Shown one piece after another: positions 46,295 through 59,860 of a stretch of 64,000 nt of DNA. The stretch spans positions 1,003,788 to 1,067,787 of the forward strand of contig NW_003314274.1 in the NCBI RefSeq assembly GCF_000143415.4. Reading direction: 5' to 3'. Source of the DNA: Selaginella moellendorffii (Eukaryota > Plantae > Lycopodiophyta). Under the pieces are notes generated by a model that saw only the letters and a list, made by a program, of their open reading frames with translations, was not told where the DNA came from and did not search any database. The translations under genes and the position numbers were made by a program. Numbering within the stretch: the first letter of the stretch is position 1; every line of letters starts with the position of its first letter.

Positions 46295-49200
46295 ATGGGG
46301 TGAGTGAGCTCAGACTAGAATTCCTGCATTGCGCATACACCGGGTGTGAGATTTTCGGCAAGATCAGGCTAGATCCAGGCGGTCTATGGCGGAAGAATTG
46401 GTCCTAGAATGTAGAGTTCAGTGCTTAGTTTTGCGTTATTGGAGACTTACCTATAAGAATGTGTGATGTGATGTTCTTAGGAGTCAAGAGATGCTACTCC
46501 AGAGGTACCGGCGTGACAGGAGGGAACTTCTCTCGTTCATTCTATCGGCTAGCATTTTCCGCAAGGTGGTCATGCCTCCCGGAGCTGTCACTCTTGACGA
46601 TATTGATCTAGAGCAAGTTAGCATTGATTATATCCTGGAATGCGCGAAGAAAGGTGAGGTTGAATGCTTTTGCTTTTCTAAAAGATAGCTTTTCTGATAG
46701 GTGGAATTCTCGAGCTTTCGGAGGCGATTAAAAAGTTTCACGATGATGCTCACATTCCAGCGGTGGTATGTTCTGGTGACGTGCTGCTAATTCACACTAA
46801 AAGTTTTCTGGTTCTACAGGCAAATTCTTTAAAGGGTGACATCTATTATCTCGTTACAGATCCGCAAGTTTCAGGTCCACCTCCTATGCGCTCGGTCCCT
46901 GCGCCTGCGGCATTGAGTCCACCAGTCGCAAAATCATCGCTATCCAAGTCTATATCTATACAGTCAACTCCATCGCAGCAAATCTCCGTTGATGACGAGA
47001 TTGATGATTTTGAAGATGACAATGAGGTGACGGGGGAGCTGTCAAGAAGAAAGCTAAATGACGCGAGTGACCTCGTTTTGAAACTTCCTCCCTTTGCTAC
47101 TGGTATGTCGTGTTACTTTTTAGATTTTACTACTAAAGCTCCATTTCTCAGGTTTATCCGAGGATGATTTGCGTGAGACTGCTTACGAAGTTCTTCTTGC
47201 ATCAGTTGGTGCGACAGCGTATGTTTCACAGTTGATATGTTATCTAAGCGTTAATACTGGCTGGAACAGGGGTCTTGTTGCACCGCCCAAGGAAAAGAAA
47301 GAGGAAAAAAAAATGAAGCTCGTGAGGAAGTTTACCAGGAGTAAGTCCGAAAAGCACAAACCCGAGCCAACAAAAGCACAGGGGCTTGCTGGTTTACTGG
47401 AACTAATGCGTACACAGCTGGAGGTTTTCTTTTGTTTTCATTTATTACAGCTACGGGCATTTTATTTTCTCTGTTTTCAGATTTCTGAGGCTTCCGACAA
47501 AAGGACAAGAGAAGCCTTGCTGCATTCTTCCGCCGGGAGGGTGGGCAAAAGAATGGACACTTTACTCATTCCACTTGAACTGCTTTGCGGTATTTCGAGA
47601 GCAGATTTCACGGAGAAGAAAGTTCATCTACGCTGGCAAAGAAGACAGGTAAATGTAAGTTAAACTTGTTTTTTAGCTGACATAGTTTGTTACAGCTAAA
47701 TCTTCTAGAGGAAGGCCTTGTCAATTTTCCTGCTGTAAGTTTAGAGCACAATGATCGCCAAGCTGGCGAGTTGAGAACATTAATAGCTAAGATAGAGGAA
47801 GCAGAGGTAAAAAAAAAAGGGCTCGTTTTTATGTCTGAAAGCTGTTTCTTTGTTGCTTGTAGACACTACCATCCCCCGCGGGTCCAGCACAACATGCCGA
47901 GGCTTTGAAAGCGTTAAGAGGTGTTTCATTAGCGTTGGCAGAAAGAGCTAGCAGAGGGGATCAGATTGGGGAAGTTTGTCATTGGGCTGATGGCTATCAT
48001 CTAAACGTTCGAATCTACGAAAGGTTGCTCAGCAGTACGTTTGATATTCTGGATGAAGGACAGCTAATCGAGGTAATTTCACAGGCTCTAGTTGAAATTA
48101 TTACGATATGGTTTTGCAGGAGGCAGACGAGATCCTTGAGCTTCTCAAATCTACATGGAAGATATTAGGAATCACTCAAACTGTGCATAACACCTGTTAT
48201 ACATGGGTCCTTTTCCGTCAGGTAACCATTTTTTCCACATTGTACGTCAACTTGGATACTACATGTGTGTATATTTAGTTTGTCATCACTGATGAAGTCT
48301 CGCTTTTACAACATGCTGCACAACAAATGAAAAGAATAGCATCTGATAGTCAACGCAGCGCACAAGAAAGAGCGTATATGAAGAGCTTGCGGTCTACCAT
48401 TGTTTTGAATGGCACGTCCCAAGATCTTTCTTTTGTTCAATCTATAGTCGAGCCTATCAAGACTTGGGTAGAGAAGCGGCTTAACGATTACCACCTGCAT
48501 TTTTCCGAGGTACTTACATGACATTTTCTTTGTTATAGCCATGACATTTTGATGCAGGACGCAGCGAAAATGGAACAGTTTATTACGTTGGTTATGATCG
48601 CTGGAAGGTTAATAGCAGAAGAGGACGAAAAGACCGAAGTAAGCGTTTGATAGAGATAAATTCGGAGGTTTGATTTTTCTTTGTTCAGATAACGAGAATG
48701 ACGTCGGCAGCAAATCAAGCAGCTATTGCTAAACAGGCAGAGGAGTATATTTGGTCCTCAGTAAAACTCGCTTATGAGAGGGTATGTCATGATTTATTCC
48801 TCCAGGTGATACTACTTACAGTTTTGATAGGCTTTGGAAGGTGTGGATGCTAAATCTGAAGCAGAGCACGATCATCCTCTGGCTTTGCTCGCGGAAGATG
48901 TGGAAGCTCTTGCCAGGAAAGATGCTTCAACCTTTGCCCCCATTTTGTCTCGCTGGCAACCGCAAGCCAAAGCTATCACTGGCTCTCTCTTGCATACGCT
49001 GTACTACAAAGAACTGGTACCTGATTTGGTTTTCATTCATCTTTCATTTCTAAGTAACCTGTTTCTACCTAGAAACCATTTCTAGACGGTGTATCTCACT
49101 TGACAGATGACGTTGCGTCTGTTCTTCCTGCTGCTGATAGCCTGGATCGCTACTTGACCGAACTTGTTGGAGCTGTTGATGATGGTAACAACGTTTATCG

Positions 49201-51010
49201 CCAGCAAATGACTTTTTACGAGGTGAGTAGACAACCCTTTCTAATTTGCGATGCGGATAACTTTTGTTGTTCGAAGGTGGAAAATCTGTCAGCAACTCTT
49301 ATCATGCGTTGGGTAAACGCTCAACTGAGCAGATTGTCTGACTGGGTTGATCGTACTGTTCGTCAAGAGGTACAAACATTGTATTTTTTATAATCATGAC
49401 ATGTAGCCTGTAGAAATGGGAGCCCTTGTCCATGCAAAAGCGGCAGGGGGAATCAGTCGTTGAGGTTTTTCGCATTATAGACGAGGTTTGTTGTCGTTGT
49501 TTTCAATTCTGCTTCTAACCTTTTCAGTGCAGACCGTTGAGCAATTTTTTGGTTTGAAGCTTCCAATGAAAATTTCTCTTTTGAAAGGTCTAACAAACGG
49601 CTTAGACAATGCACTACAGTTGTACTGCAATAAGATTGTCGGTCAGCTAGGTACGTGGATATTGCTTGTATGTTTCTATTTATTTCTCTCAATGCAGGCA
49701 CCAAAGCTGATTTAATTCCTCCTCCACCAAGTTTGACACGTTATGGTAAAGACACTTCTTTGAAAATGTTTTCGAAAAAGAGGTTCGTGGATCCTAGCCT
49801 ACCGGATGATAGGAGGGGGGACGATATTAGACTTCTCACAACGTCCAGGCTATGTGTTCGTCTTAATTCCATTTACGTGAGTTTGTTTCATGAACTAATG
49901 GTTCCCATGGACTGAGTATTTTTACCTTTGTAGTATATACTCAATCAAGTGGACGTTCTAGAAGACAACATCCGAGATCGATGGCGTTCTGGAAAATCAA
50001 CTATAAAACCAAAAACTGAGGCAAATGGAAGTGAGTATATTTATCATGTATTTCCCCGTTACTTACATATTTGCAGGAAACGGAGATGTAAGAGTGAGGC
50101 CTCTTGACGAAATCTCGTCTTCATTTGATGGTTCTCGAAAGGCAGCAAATGCAGCAATTGACAAGATATGTGAATTCACAGGTATGAATTCTCTGTGCTT
50201 TTTTCCAACCAGAGACTTAACGCTCTTTTAGGAACAAAATTGATTTTCTGGGATATGCGAGACCCATTCATCGATGGGTTGTATAAAGGAGGCGTTACGG
50301 AGGCACGGATGGAACAAGTTGTTAACAACCTTGATCCCGTAAGAACGTTCAAACGTGCTCCACTGCGCGGTTTTTAACTCGATCTTAATATTTCCAGATT
50401 CTGGGACAAATTGTTGAAATGGTGGTAGAAGCGTTGAGAGACAGACTTGTGTTGGGCCTTTTGCAAGCTGCAATCGTAAGAAACTCCTACGAGGTTTTGA
50501 TTCTCACCACAATGGCTTTGCAGGAAGGTCTTATCCGTGTGCTTCTTGATGGTGGCCCTTCGCGTGCATTTTCCCATAATGACGTGGATATGCTGGAGCA
50601 CGATCTTAGAGTGTTGAAGGTTTGTAGGATTCACCGTGTCCTCGCTCATGCAAGCCTTGTGATGTTTCTGCTAGAATTTCTTCATTGCCGAAGGGGAAGG
50701 TCTTCAGAGGGGAGTTGTCGAAAATGCTGCTGCCCCTGCACAACAGATTATCGAGCTATATCGACTTGAGGTGCACCTCGTTTTTGCTCATGTCGTGATC
50801 AAATTTGTTGCGTTGCGGCAGACATATGTGTTAATCGAGAACTTTCGTAAAGCAAGCGATCGGATGGCAAGCGGTACCAGCGTCCAGCGGACGGGGATTC
50901 GAGCTGCAAGCGACGCAGACACACTGCTTAGAATACTTTGCCACCGCATGGACGACGACGCCTCACAGTTTCTCAAGAGACAGTACAAGTTGCCAAAGTC
51001 AACGGCTTGA
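46295..51010 (+). CDS. PATROL1: PATROL1 / Munc13-homology (DUF810) protein, multi-exon
   Basis: LLQRYRRDRRELLSFILSASIFRKVVMPPGAVTLDDIDLEQVSIDY; LRETAYEVLLAS; EVCHWADGYHLN; VLLDGGPSRAF; DADTLLRILCHRMDDDASQFLKRQYKLPKS. Confidence 0.93.
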
Positions 51011-51118
51011 TCACATCACTCCAGCCAAATTTTCTCCGTTAGAGAACGTGAGTGTTTCTATCTCGCAAATGTATACTTTTTACTCGAAATCAAAACGTTG
51101 GTTTGTGCAGCTTCTCCT

Positions 51119-51625
51119 TCATCTTCTCATTCGCATTGTTGTGGATAGCATCACGTATGGAGTCGAGCGCCTCGAGAGCGTATCTAGCTGCTTTACTCGT
51201 TCCTCCATACGTGCCTCGAGAGCGTATCTAGCTGCTTTACTCGTTCCACTGTGACTCTTCGAGGCCAGAAGCAAGCAGTTCCAGTCCAGAAAAACGGCAT
51301 ACTCCAGGCAAGCTCTCGTTTCTCCAGATGCCCAGATCGGGCCGGTATGTCGATCATACAGCTAAAGTGGTGCTTGTTTTGCGTCAGATCATGGTCACCA
51401 GTCACGGACACGAAAACTCCAGGCCAGCTTCTAAGTCTCCAAAATGGCTGCAGCCAAGCAGCGCACAAGTGAAAGAGGTATCGTTGGGCCTCACGCCCTC
51501 AACTTCCATGGCCTTCAAGAGCTCGATGCACTCTCCCGAGTGTCCATTTTGGGCATACGTCGTCAGCATCGCGCCCAGTGCTTACTCCGGCATCTCCACA
51601 ATACCCGGGCACCGTCGCTCGCCCA
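51119..51625 (-). pseudogene. Truncated PPR (PLS-E) paralog of 59861-61366
   Basis: The 3' half is highly similar to 59861-60440, with frameshifts, deletions and a ~35-bp internal tandem duplication (51169-51247). Confidence 0.85.
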
Positions 51626-54072
51626 GGGTACAGAGGATACGATGCACTTTTCACAGAACCAGTGCCTTTCTTCTATGGGCAGATAGTCGTTTACTGTTGA
51701 GGTATACGCTCTCTATGACATGATCCTAGGTGGCAGGAGTGCCACTTCACTGATCCAGGTGTAGGCTAGAGGCGTGTTTCTTCATCATGTATATATAGCT
51801 ATGATATATATGATTATCCTGAGAGTCATCCTTGTCCATCGTAGCTTCCGCTCTTCTTCTCTTCATTTACTTGAGGAACAAGACCTCGGAGAGCTTGTTG
51901 AGGTAGATGATGTCTACGCATTTGGCGATGGCTACGTCCTATTCAAGGGCGAGGAGACGGGGGAAGATGGTACACCAGGAGATCCTGCAGATGAACTGGT
52001 GGATAACCATGGCTGGCCTTCCGGTGCTTCTATTCCCTAGAGCACGTTCTGTGTCCTCTATCCAACACACTGGCCGGATCTACAAACGTTTGATATATAA
52101 GGACTGCAGAAGGTCGCTTGGGAATCTTCATCACTTGCCTGAAGGTCTACAACCTGGAACTAATCTGTCAATGTTCAGGTTCGAGTGTTCTGCCTATGTG
52201 GAGCATGACCGAGTGGGAAAACTTTGGAATTCTACTTGGACAAAATGGTGAAGACGTACCCAAATGATATCAAGGCAACGAGTGTGTGTTCCATGTACGC
52301 TTTGATCCCGTTCGTTGAGAAGGCTTTATATGCGAACCAAGAAAAGCACACTTGATTGCCTTGCTGCAGGCCTTGGTCTGGCTCCATAGCAAGAACATCA
52401 TGCATAGGGATCTGCATACGTGAAATGGGTAGATTGTCTTAATCTTTGGCTCTAGCATAATCAGATGCTTCATACTTTATGATTGAGGCAACTCATGACA
52501 AAGTTTAGATGAGAAGACATTAGTAAAGAAGAGGTTAAAGGGCTAAAGGGTATGCTTTGCAATAGTTAAAAGTGTAAATTTCACTATATAGAAAAAGTGA
52601 TGAAAACTTTATTTTGCCAAAATGCATAACTTGGTGATAAGAAGAGTTTTTCTGTATAGGGTAGAAAGTGCAAATACCTTTAGTCAACATTTTGATGATT
52701 GTGTAGAGGGGTTAAAAATGTTAATTGGGCAAAATCACATTAATGGAGATTTTTTATCTCGGAAATGTGGATTTCATTCTTAAGATGTTATAGTTAGCAA
52801 AGATGACCAAGTGATAAAGTGGAATATTAAATGTGTCTCACTAGAGTATGATGGCATTATGTCTAGTTTGGAAAAGGAGTTTATATATTTTAAACAAACT
52901 TATCATACTTTTGAGTTATTTCTAACTTAGGGAAAAGTAACAATGCATGACTTAAAAATATCTAAATTAAAATCCCAAATTTAAGCACTCCCTAGGAACA
53001 ATCAAAGTTACCACCAATATGAATGTAGGGAATATAGATATGTGCATATTAATTAACCAAAAACCCCTAGTTTATATACAAAAGTGAGGAGTTCAGATTG
53101 AAATTAATTCAATATATGGCATTTTAGTTGTACACTTGGACCTCCCAATAGTATTTTATTTAATATAATATAATAACACTATCAATATATAATAGAATAT
53201 ATTAATACTGTTTTCAAAGTAAAATAAGAGAAAATAATATATAATCCACATACTTGCAGCTATTGACCTAAATAAAATCTATTTCCATCTACCTAAATAA
53301 TATTAGAAAAATTTATATTAACTAATTCCTTTAACCAGACTTATAACCAGCTTAAAGTATATTTATAAATATATATATATTTCAAAGTCATTATTCTGTC
53401 CATAGTGTCTTTTGCTTTGTTAGGCTTCCTCCATAAAATATAAAAAGCAAAGATGATGGTATAGCTGTGTTGATCATTTGAAACATGTTTTTGCCCATCT
53501 AGTATGCATATTCATACTCCATCCTATGAAATGTTAAATTAGCTACTGCAAAAAAACGAGGAGGCATCTTGCAAGATATCAGACTGGCTCCTTCTACTCA
53601 CAATCTTCCTGCTGCCAGTCAAGGGTCCATAAACTATGGACCCACTAACCATCGATATTAAAAACAAAGAAAAAATCAATCTTTCCAAAGGCACACCTGT
53701 AAACCAGGTACTTAAAACCAGGGCTTATAGCAATTTATTACTTTCTGGCAACTTATTTCCATGTGCAGAAGGTTTCAATTGCTCCCAGCCAATGGCACCA
53801 AGTGGAAGGAGGCACAAATGCACAAGTGCATGTGGCTAAACCAGGATATAAACTTTTTAGTTTAGATTTCCCAGGCCCAATACTACTCATAAGTCTAAGA
53901 ACATATCATATCCCGATCAACCATGCCTCCTAGCATAGCCCCTATGAGGACAATATAATGTTCATGTTTACAATTCACAAATGTGTCTCAATAATCCTTT
54001 CGCAGGTTCACCTATGGAAACCTTCATGCGACGCGACACAACGCTCTCTGGATTTCCATCCTTCTCCTTCCT

Positions 54073-54971
54073 CTAAATGATAAGAATCACGCTTTTGGAC
54101 AAGCATAGTGCAAAGGCAACACCGCTGCAAGGATTTAGTCTAAGAGCATACCTTGCTGCTCGTTCAATCTCACCATGGACGGCACAAGCCCCTAGCAAAG
54201 TTGTCCAAGCAATCTCGTCGGCTGCAAAGGGCACGCTGTGGAGCAGCTCCTCGGCTTGCTCCAGCCACCTTGCTCGTCCCAGAAAATCTATCAAACAGTG
54301 GAAGTGCTTGACCACCGGCAAAATGCCATGAGCTTCCACCATGATCCCAAAGTGCTCCCTTGCTGAGTTGACCACGCCTTTGTAATTGCAAGCTGTGAGA
54401 ATGCTCATGTAAGTGATGTAGCTCGGTCTCACTCCTTCGAGGAGCATTGAGCCAACGAGCTCCAGTGTGGTTTTCCAGTCCTCATTCTGGGAAAATCCCC
54501 GGATAATTGAATTCCAAGCGTAGAGATTGGGCATTCGATTAATACCCTCCTCAAGCTGGCCATTTTGGGTAAAGCCAGAAACCATAGTTGTCCATGAAAC
54601 TTTGTCATGGACAGGCATTTCCTCAAAGATAACGCGGGCATTACGCAAATGCCCGGACATGCCATTCGCAGAAATAAGGCAGTTCCATGAAAAAGCAGTT
54701 CGTGTGGACATGATGTCAAACGTACCTTTTCCATCTCAAGCTTTCCATTCTGAGAGTGTGCCTGAAGCATGGCCATCCATGCGACCGGGTCCCAACAAGG
54801 CATCTTTGCAAAGACAAACTCCGTCTCATCAAGATCCCAGTTCTGGGCATAAACCAGGTCCAGCATCAGCTGCATCACCTCGATTGCCTTCTCGACTTTT
54901 CCAGACTGGCAGAAGCCCGAGATGAGAATGTTGTAAGCAAGCTTGTCAGGCTCGCAGCCACTGTCTCGCAT
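54073..54971 (-). pseudogene. Frameshifted PPR (PLS-E) gene with a P-type motif at its 5' end
   Basis: ORFs 54429-54971 and 54073-54711 are in different frames. Motifs VFEEMPVHDKVSWTTMV, HFHCLIDFLGRA and WTTLLGAC. Confidence 0.8.
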
Positions 54972-54989
54972 CGTCTTCTTGGGGGTGCA

Positions 54990-55490
54990 AATGTTACCAT
55001 CAACTTTGTGGATCAGCGTCTTTCCTTCACGTTTGAAGGGCAGGAGGTGGAATGGAGGGGAGTTTGTGAAGCCTCAACTGCACAGCCACTGCCTTTTATG
55101 GGGAGGTGAACCCAATCAACCGCCCCCATTTCCATCACATGAAAGTTTTCCACGAAGGAAAAAAAATCAACTCTGAATCAACTCTATCCACCCGTATCAG
55201 TCCCCTCTTGGCAATTTCGCTCCAGATGCTGGTTGTATCACTATCCTCAATCTGGACATTGATAAAGGAGTGGGACGCACCAGAGTCCACTAACACAAAC
55301 GCTTGCCTCCCCAAAAAGGAGGGAAGTGAGATTGTAGCACTCGAGCATGCTCCTGTCCCCTTTGCCTATGCATATATGAAATTTTTTTGCTCCAAATCCA
55401 AGTCTTTAAACAGTGTTATAACTAAGTCTCCATCATCATTCATTTCAAATTGCATGCTCATCAACTTGCCCCGATTTGCTCCTTGCAACT
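54990..55490 (-). mobile_element. Ty3/gypsy aspartic protease remnant
   Basis: FVLVDSGASHSFI encoded at ~55261-55300 on the minus strand. Confidence 0.75.
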
Positions 55491-56879
55491 AATCTAACAA
55501 TCACATCAGAATATATACTTAAAATATGTAGTGAAGGGTTTAAAGATGTATATTATTAATCATATTCTTTAAACACAAAATGTTGCTCATTTTGCATGGT
55601 CGTGATGTTTGTGGAGTTTATGTTTAAACTTTTCTAGAAATCCCTTATTCAAAAGAAGATCTACCATAACTAGATCATGCAATTTCATCAAATAAGTTAT
55701 TCAAGTTTGAGCATTTAAGTCTCTCAAAAGCTGGCCATAAAATAATAAAATTACTCTTCACAAAAATATGGAGATCACCACAAGTAAATATAGCCTTTTA
55801 AGATTTATAAACAATGTAATCACTCACAACATACTTGAATGATAAAATAGTGGCAGTGGCTAATGCTAAATTAACACTAAATGTGAGCTTGAGCCTCTTT
55901 GACTTTATATGTATTCCATAACAAAAATGATAACTCAGTGATTGTGCTTGGAAATGGTGTGTGCTCCCAATTAAACCCAAAAACACTAATTGGTATTAAA
56001 TGGTGTTTTTCTTACAACCCAAAAACACCAATTAGTACTAAATGGTGTTTTTCAAAGTTGCCCAATACACCATTCAGTGATTGACTGTTGTTTAAGGTAT
56101 TTAAAATACATCATTTGGTCACCAAATAATGTTTCTTGACAAACTGATTGGTGTCTAAGGCACTTTCAAAAACACTTTATTGTGTCACTGAATAATATTT
56201 TTTAGGGTTGAAAAAAAAAAGATTAAATCATTAATCACTCAAAAAATTAAGGTTGACCCAATGGAGACTTCACTCTGCATTTGCAGCCAAATGGTTTTAG
56301 CGTGGCACAAGTTAATTAAATTGCTCCATTCAAATAGAAGGGATTAAATAGTTGTAGAAGTTGGTAGGAATTTAAATTTTTAAATCAACTATAAAAATTG
56401 TGAAAGATTCTTTATTCATTATTTTATTGAACAAAGTAAAGAAAAATTTAAATAAATGTACCAAATTACCACAGAGTAAAAAAAAGAACTGTAACATTCT
56501 AAGAATATACATAGTCAGACAGTTGGATAAATAAACCCTTAAGTTGTACACACTCTATCCCCTTGCAAACTTGTCAATAACCCCACCCCCACTTTGCTCC
56601 ACAGTAAAAGCATCTCCCTAACTTCATGTCTTCAAGACACTTAAGTCAATCCTACAGTATAATCATTGGAGCTAGCAAAGTAGATGTCTTAGCTGGATGG
56701 GCCAAGGGAGCGTTGCCAGGTTTGCTCGAGCCAGAGTCCCCACCTAAAGTATGTTGTTCTGCATCTGGTGGATGTTCCGCAGGTCTACTTGAACTTGGAA
56801 AAGCTGTCTAAGACTGAAAAGGTCTAGTGCAGCTGGCCTTATATTGAGGCCTTATGCTATATATTCTTTGTTCGTCAGC

Positions 56880-59100
56880 CTTCTCATGGTCAGATGGCAG
56901 ACTTCGTTTGATATATTGAAGCAGCACTTACTTTCAGCACCTCTCCTTTCTCTTCCAGATTTTGCAAAGCAATTCATTGTTGAAACTGATGCATCAGATG
57001 CAGGAGTTGGTGCAGTGCTGCGTCAGGGAGACGACTTTATCGCTTTCGACAGTCAGTGTTTTTCTATCTCAGAGTCTCACCTCCCAGTCTATGAGCAAGA
57101 GATGCTTGCTGTTATCCATGCTATCTCGAGATAGAATGGATAACAGTGAGCATCTCTTGCTCATAGACTGGGAGGCGAGATGGCAACATTATCTCCTCCC
57201 GTGACATTTTCTACTCCCCACAGACCATTACAGTCTCAAGTTTATCTTGGATCAACAACACCTATCAAAGAAGCAGCAGTGGTGGGTCGAACTCCCCCAA
57301 GCTTTGAACTTTTCGATTGAATTTCGTCCAGGAAAAGGTAACATCCTTCCTGATGCTTTATCACGTCACTTCAAGTGACCAGAAACGTCCTCGTTTTCTA
57401 GCATTTCCAGAAGAGAAGCTGCATATATTGACAAGATACAGGAAGGTTACAACTCTGACCCAGTGCTCGAAACCATCTGGCATTCTTTTCGTTCCAGTGA
57501 GGAGTATACCCACAATAAATATACATACCACAACAGTCCTCTATGGCACACAGGTCTCAACGCTCATCATGATCTCCATAAGGATATTTTCCAAGAATGC
57601 CATTCCAGTATCTTGGCTGGCCATCCTGGTGTCCAAGGAACTATAGCTGCTATTTGGCAATGATTTTGGCCTGCAGTGTGAAGTCCGTCAATCCGCAAAT
57701 GTCAGGTTTGCCAAGTCACGAAAGCAGAAACAGTGGCCAGACTTCTTTTGCCACTGCCATCGGCTTCTGCGTCCTTCCACAGTATTTCTATGGACTTAAT
57801 TGCTGGCCTTCCACAAGTATGGGGATATGATTCTATCTTTGTAGTGGTAGATCGGTTCACTAAGGTGGCACTATTTATCCCGACTTCCACCTCAGCAAGT
57901 TGCAGAGGTGTTTTGGCTCGAGGTGGTCCGTCACCATGGTTTGCCTGTGGATAATGTTTCTGACCGGGACACCACGTTCATGAGTACTTTCTGGTCGTCC
58001 ACGTTTCGGCACCTGGGGATCAAGATAAATTTCTCCAGCACATATCACCTCGAAGTGATGGCCAGACGGAGCACACCAATCAAACTTTGGGATTTCTTTG
58101 TGGCTATACTCTGGACAAACCTTGATCGTGGCTTCAGCGGCTACCTTGTGCTGAATTTGCGTATAACACGGCCTTCCATTCTGCCATTGGAATGCCCCCA
58201 TTTACTGCTCTTTATGGCCAAGAGGTATGCAAGTTTCCAGTTCCAGGTGACTTAATTGGCTCCCCCAACGTGCTGCTCCATATTCATGAGATGGAGAAGT
58301 TCCAGCAACATCTGCAACGTCATCTGGACGTAGTTTGCCAGGCCATGAAAGTCTCCGCCGATAAGTCCCATTCGTTTTGGAAATTCCAGGTGGGCGAATT
58401 GGTCTACGTCAAGTTTCGACTGGAATGGCACACCCTGGGCTATCGCGCAACTGCTCGTTGTAAGCTTCACCCGAAGTTTTTAGGCCCTTTCGAGGTTATG
58501 GAGCGTGTGAACGAGGTTTCTTACAGGTTGCATCTTCCTGGTGCATCCAGAATCCACGATGTCTTCCATGTTTCCAAGTTGAAACTCCATGTTGGTCCTC
58601 CAGTCATCAATGCTACCTTAGCAAGTTTGTGACGATCAGATCCTGCTTCAGCCCGACAAGGTGGTTGATGTGTCTTACCATAACCTTCGCCATCGGCGAG
58701 TTCCTCATTTTCAATTCGCTGGGTGGGCATAGATTCTACTATGGATACGTGGGTTACTCGGGACCAGCATGAGTTACTCTGCGATCTCTTTCAGTGGAAT
58801 CCAGTTTTGCCAGTAGAGGCTGAGGGACCAACGGATCCTTTCAAGAGGGGATGTGATGTTAGGAGGTGCTCAGTCAGATTACACAGTGGAAGCAGAGGTG
58901 TATGGTGATATACCGAGTGAGCATGTATAGTAGGGTGGGCTTGTATGCAAGTACTGGGTAAAAGGAGGAAGAGCATATGGAAGGTTTTATCATGGATCTT
59001 CTACTTTTTCTTTCCCTTCCTTTTTCCCCTCTATCTTTCATGGATCAATCCAATGAGATCGGTCTGGATCTTTACAATATGAATCTCTACATGTCAGAAG
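56880..59100 (+). mobile_element. Degenerate chromovirus pol 3' half (RNase H, integrase, chromodomain), PPT and probable LTR start
   Basis: FIVETDASDAGVGAVLRQ; ISMDLIAGLP...VVVDRFTK; VSDRDTTF; KLHPKFLGPF; IHDVFHVSKLK; IRWVGIDSTMDTWV. AAGAGGGG at 58843-58850. Many frameshifts. Right boundary approximate. Confidence 0.88.
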
Positions 59101-59699
59101 TTCCTCGTTGGGAGAAAGGAAGACAACAAAATTACATATAAAAACAATGAAGCACTGAAGAAGAAAAGAGAAATTATGTTAAACACTCTATTAATTGTAA
59201 AAAGTTTAATACTGTCATTATTTATGAGGTATTAAAAGTTTTCCTTTCGGACATTGTCCTTATTCAAGAACATAAATATTGTATTATCATTGAATTTATT
59301 TTTACTTAGGAACATTTCTAGCAAAGGATCCAAGTCCATACAATCGTTCTGTGGATCAATACTCCTGAAGAAAAGGAGAAAATGATTTGCTCACCCACAT
59401 AGATTCTAGCTTTTTTGTTCTCGTGGAACACACTGATCATGTCAAGCAGGCCTTGAGGATTCAAGATGTAGAATGCACGAACTCGGCTGTTCCCAGTAGC
59501 CGAGAACATACAGCTCTCATTAACCAGAGCTGGCCTCCGATGGAAGCCCTGCACAATTACTCACTTCCATCACTTATCTAGAGAACTTACTGGAAATATG
59601 ATCAGGCTTTGAATTTTAGATTGATAAATATTCTAGAATTTCCCGGATATTCTAATTATCATTAAGGTGAGAACTTTTTGTAAAGCAAGTGCAACTAGG

Positions 59700-59860
59700 T
59701 GGCAACGTCCAGTGGGGATTCGAGCTGCAAGCGACAAACACACTGCTTTTGCCTCACAGTTTCTCAAGAGACAATACAAGTTGCTAAAGTGACTCCAGCC
59801 AAATTTTCTCCGCTAGAGAATGTGAGTGTTTTCATATCTTTGGTTTGTGCAGCTTCCTTT
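59700..59860 (+). pseudogene. Decayed duplicate of the PATROL1 last exon and 3' UTR
   Basis: GGGGATTCGAGCTGCAAGCGAC...GCCTCACAGTTTCTCAAGAGACA...CTCCAGCCAAATTTTCTCCG matches 50890-51060 with deletions. Confidence 0.85.

Noticed and set aside
51780-52480. Possible gene fragment (ORFs 51774-52251)
   Set aside because: No recognisable family and the frames are broken; evidence is insufficient.
53770-53860. SWIM-like TCTC...CH on the minus strand (MULE remnant?)
   Set aside because: The spacing does not match CxCxnCxH and there is no supporting transposase sequence.
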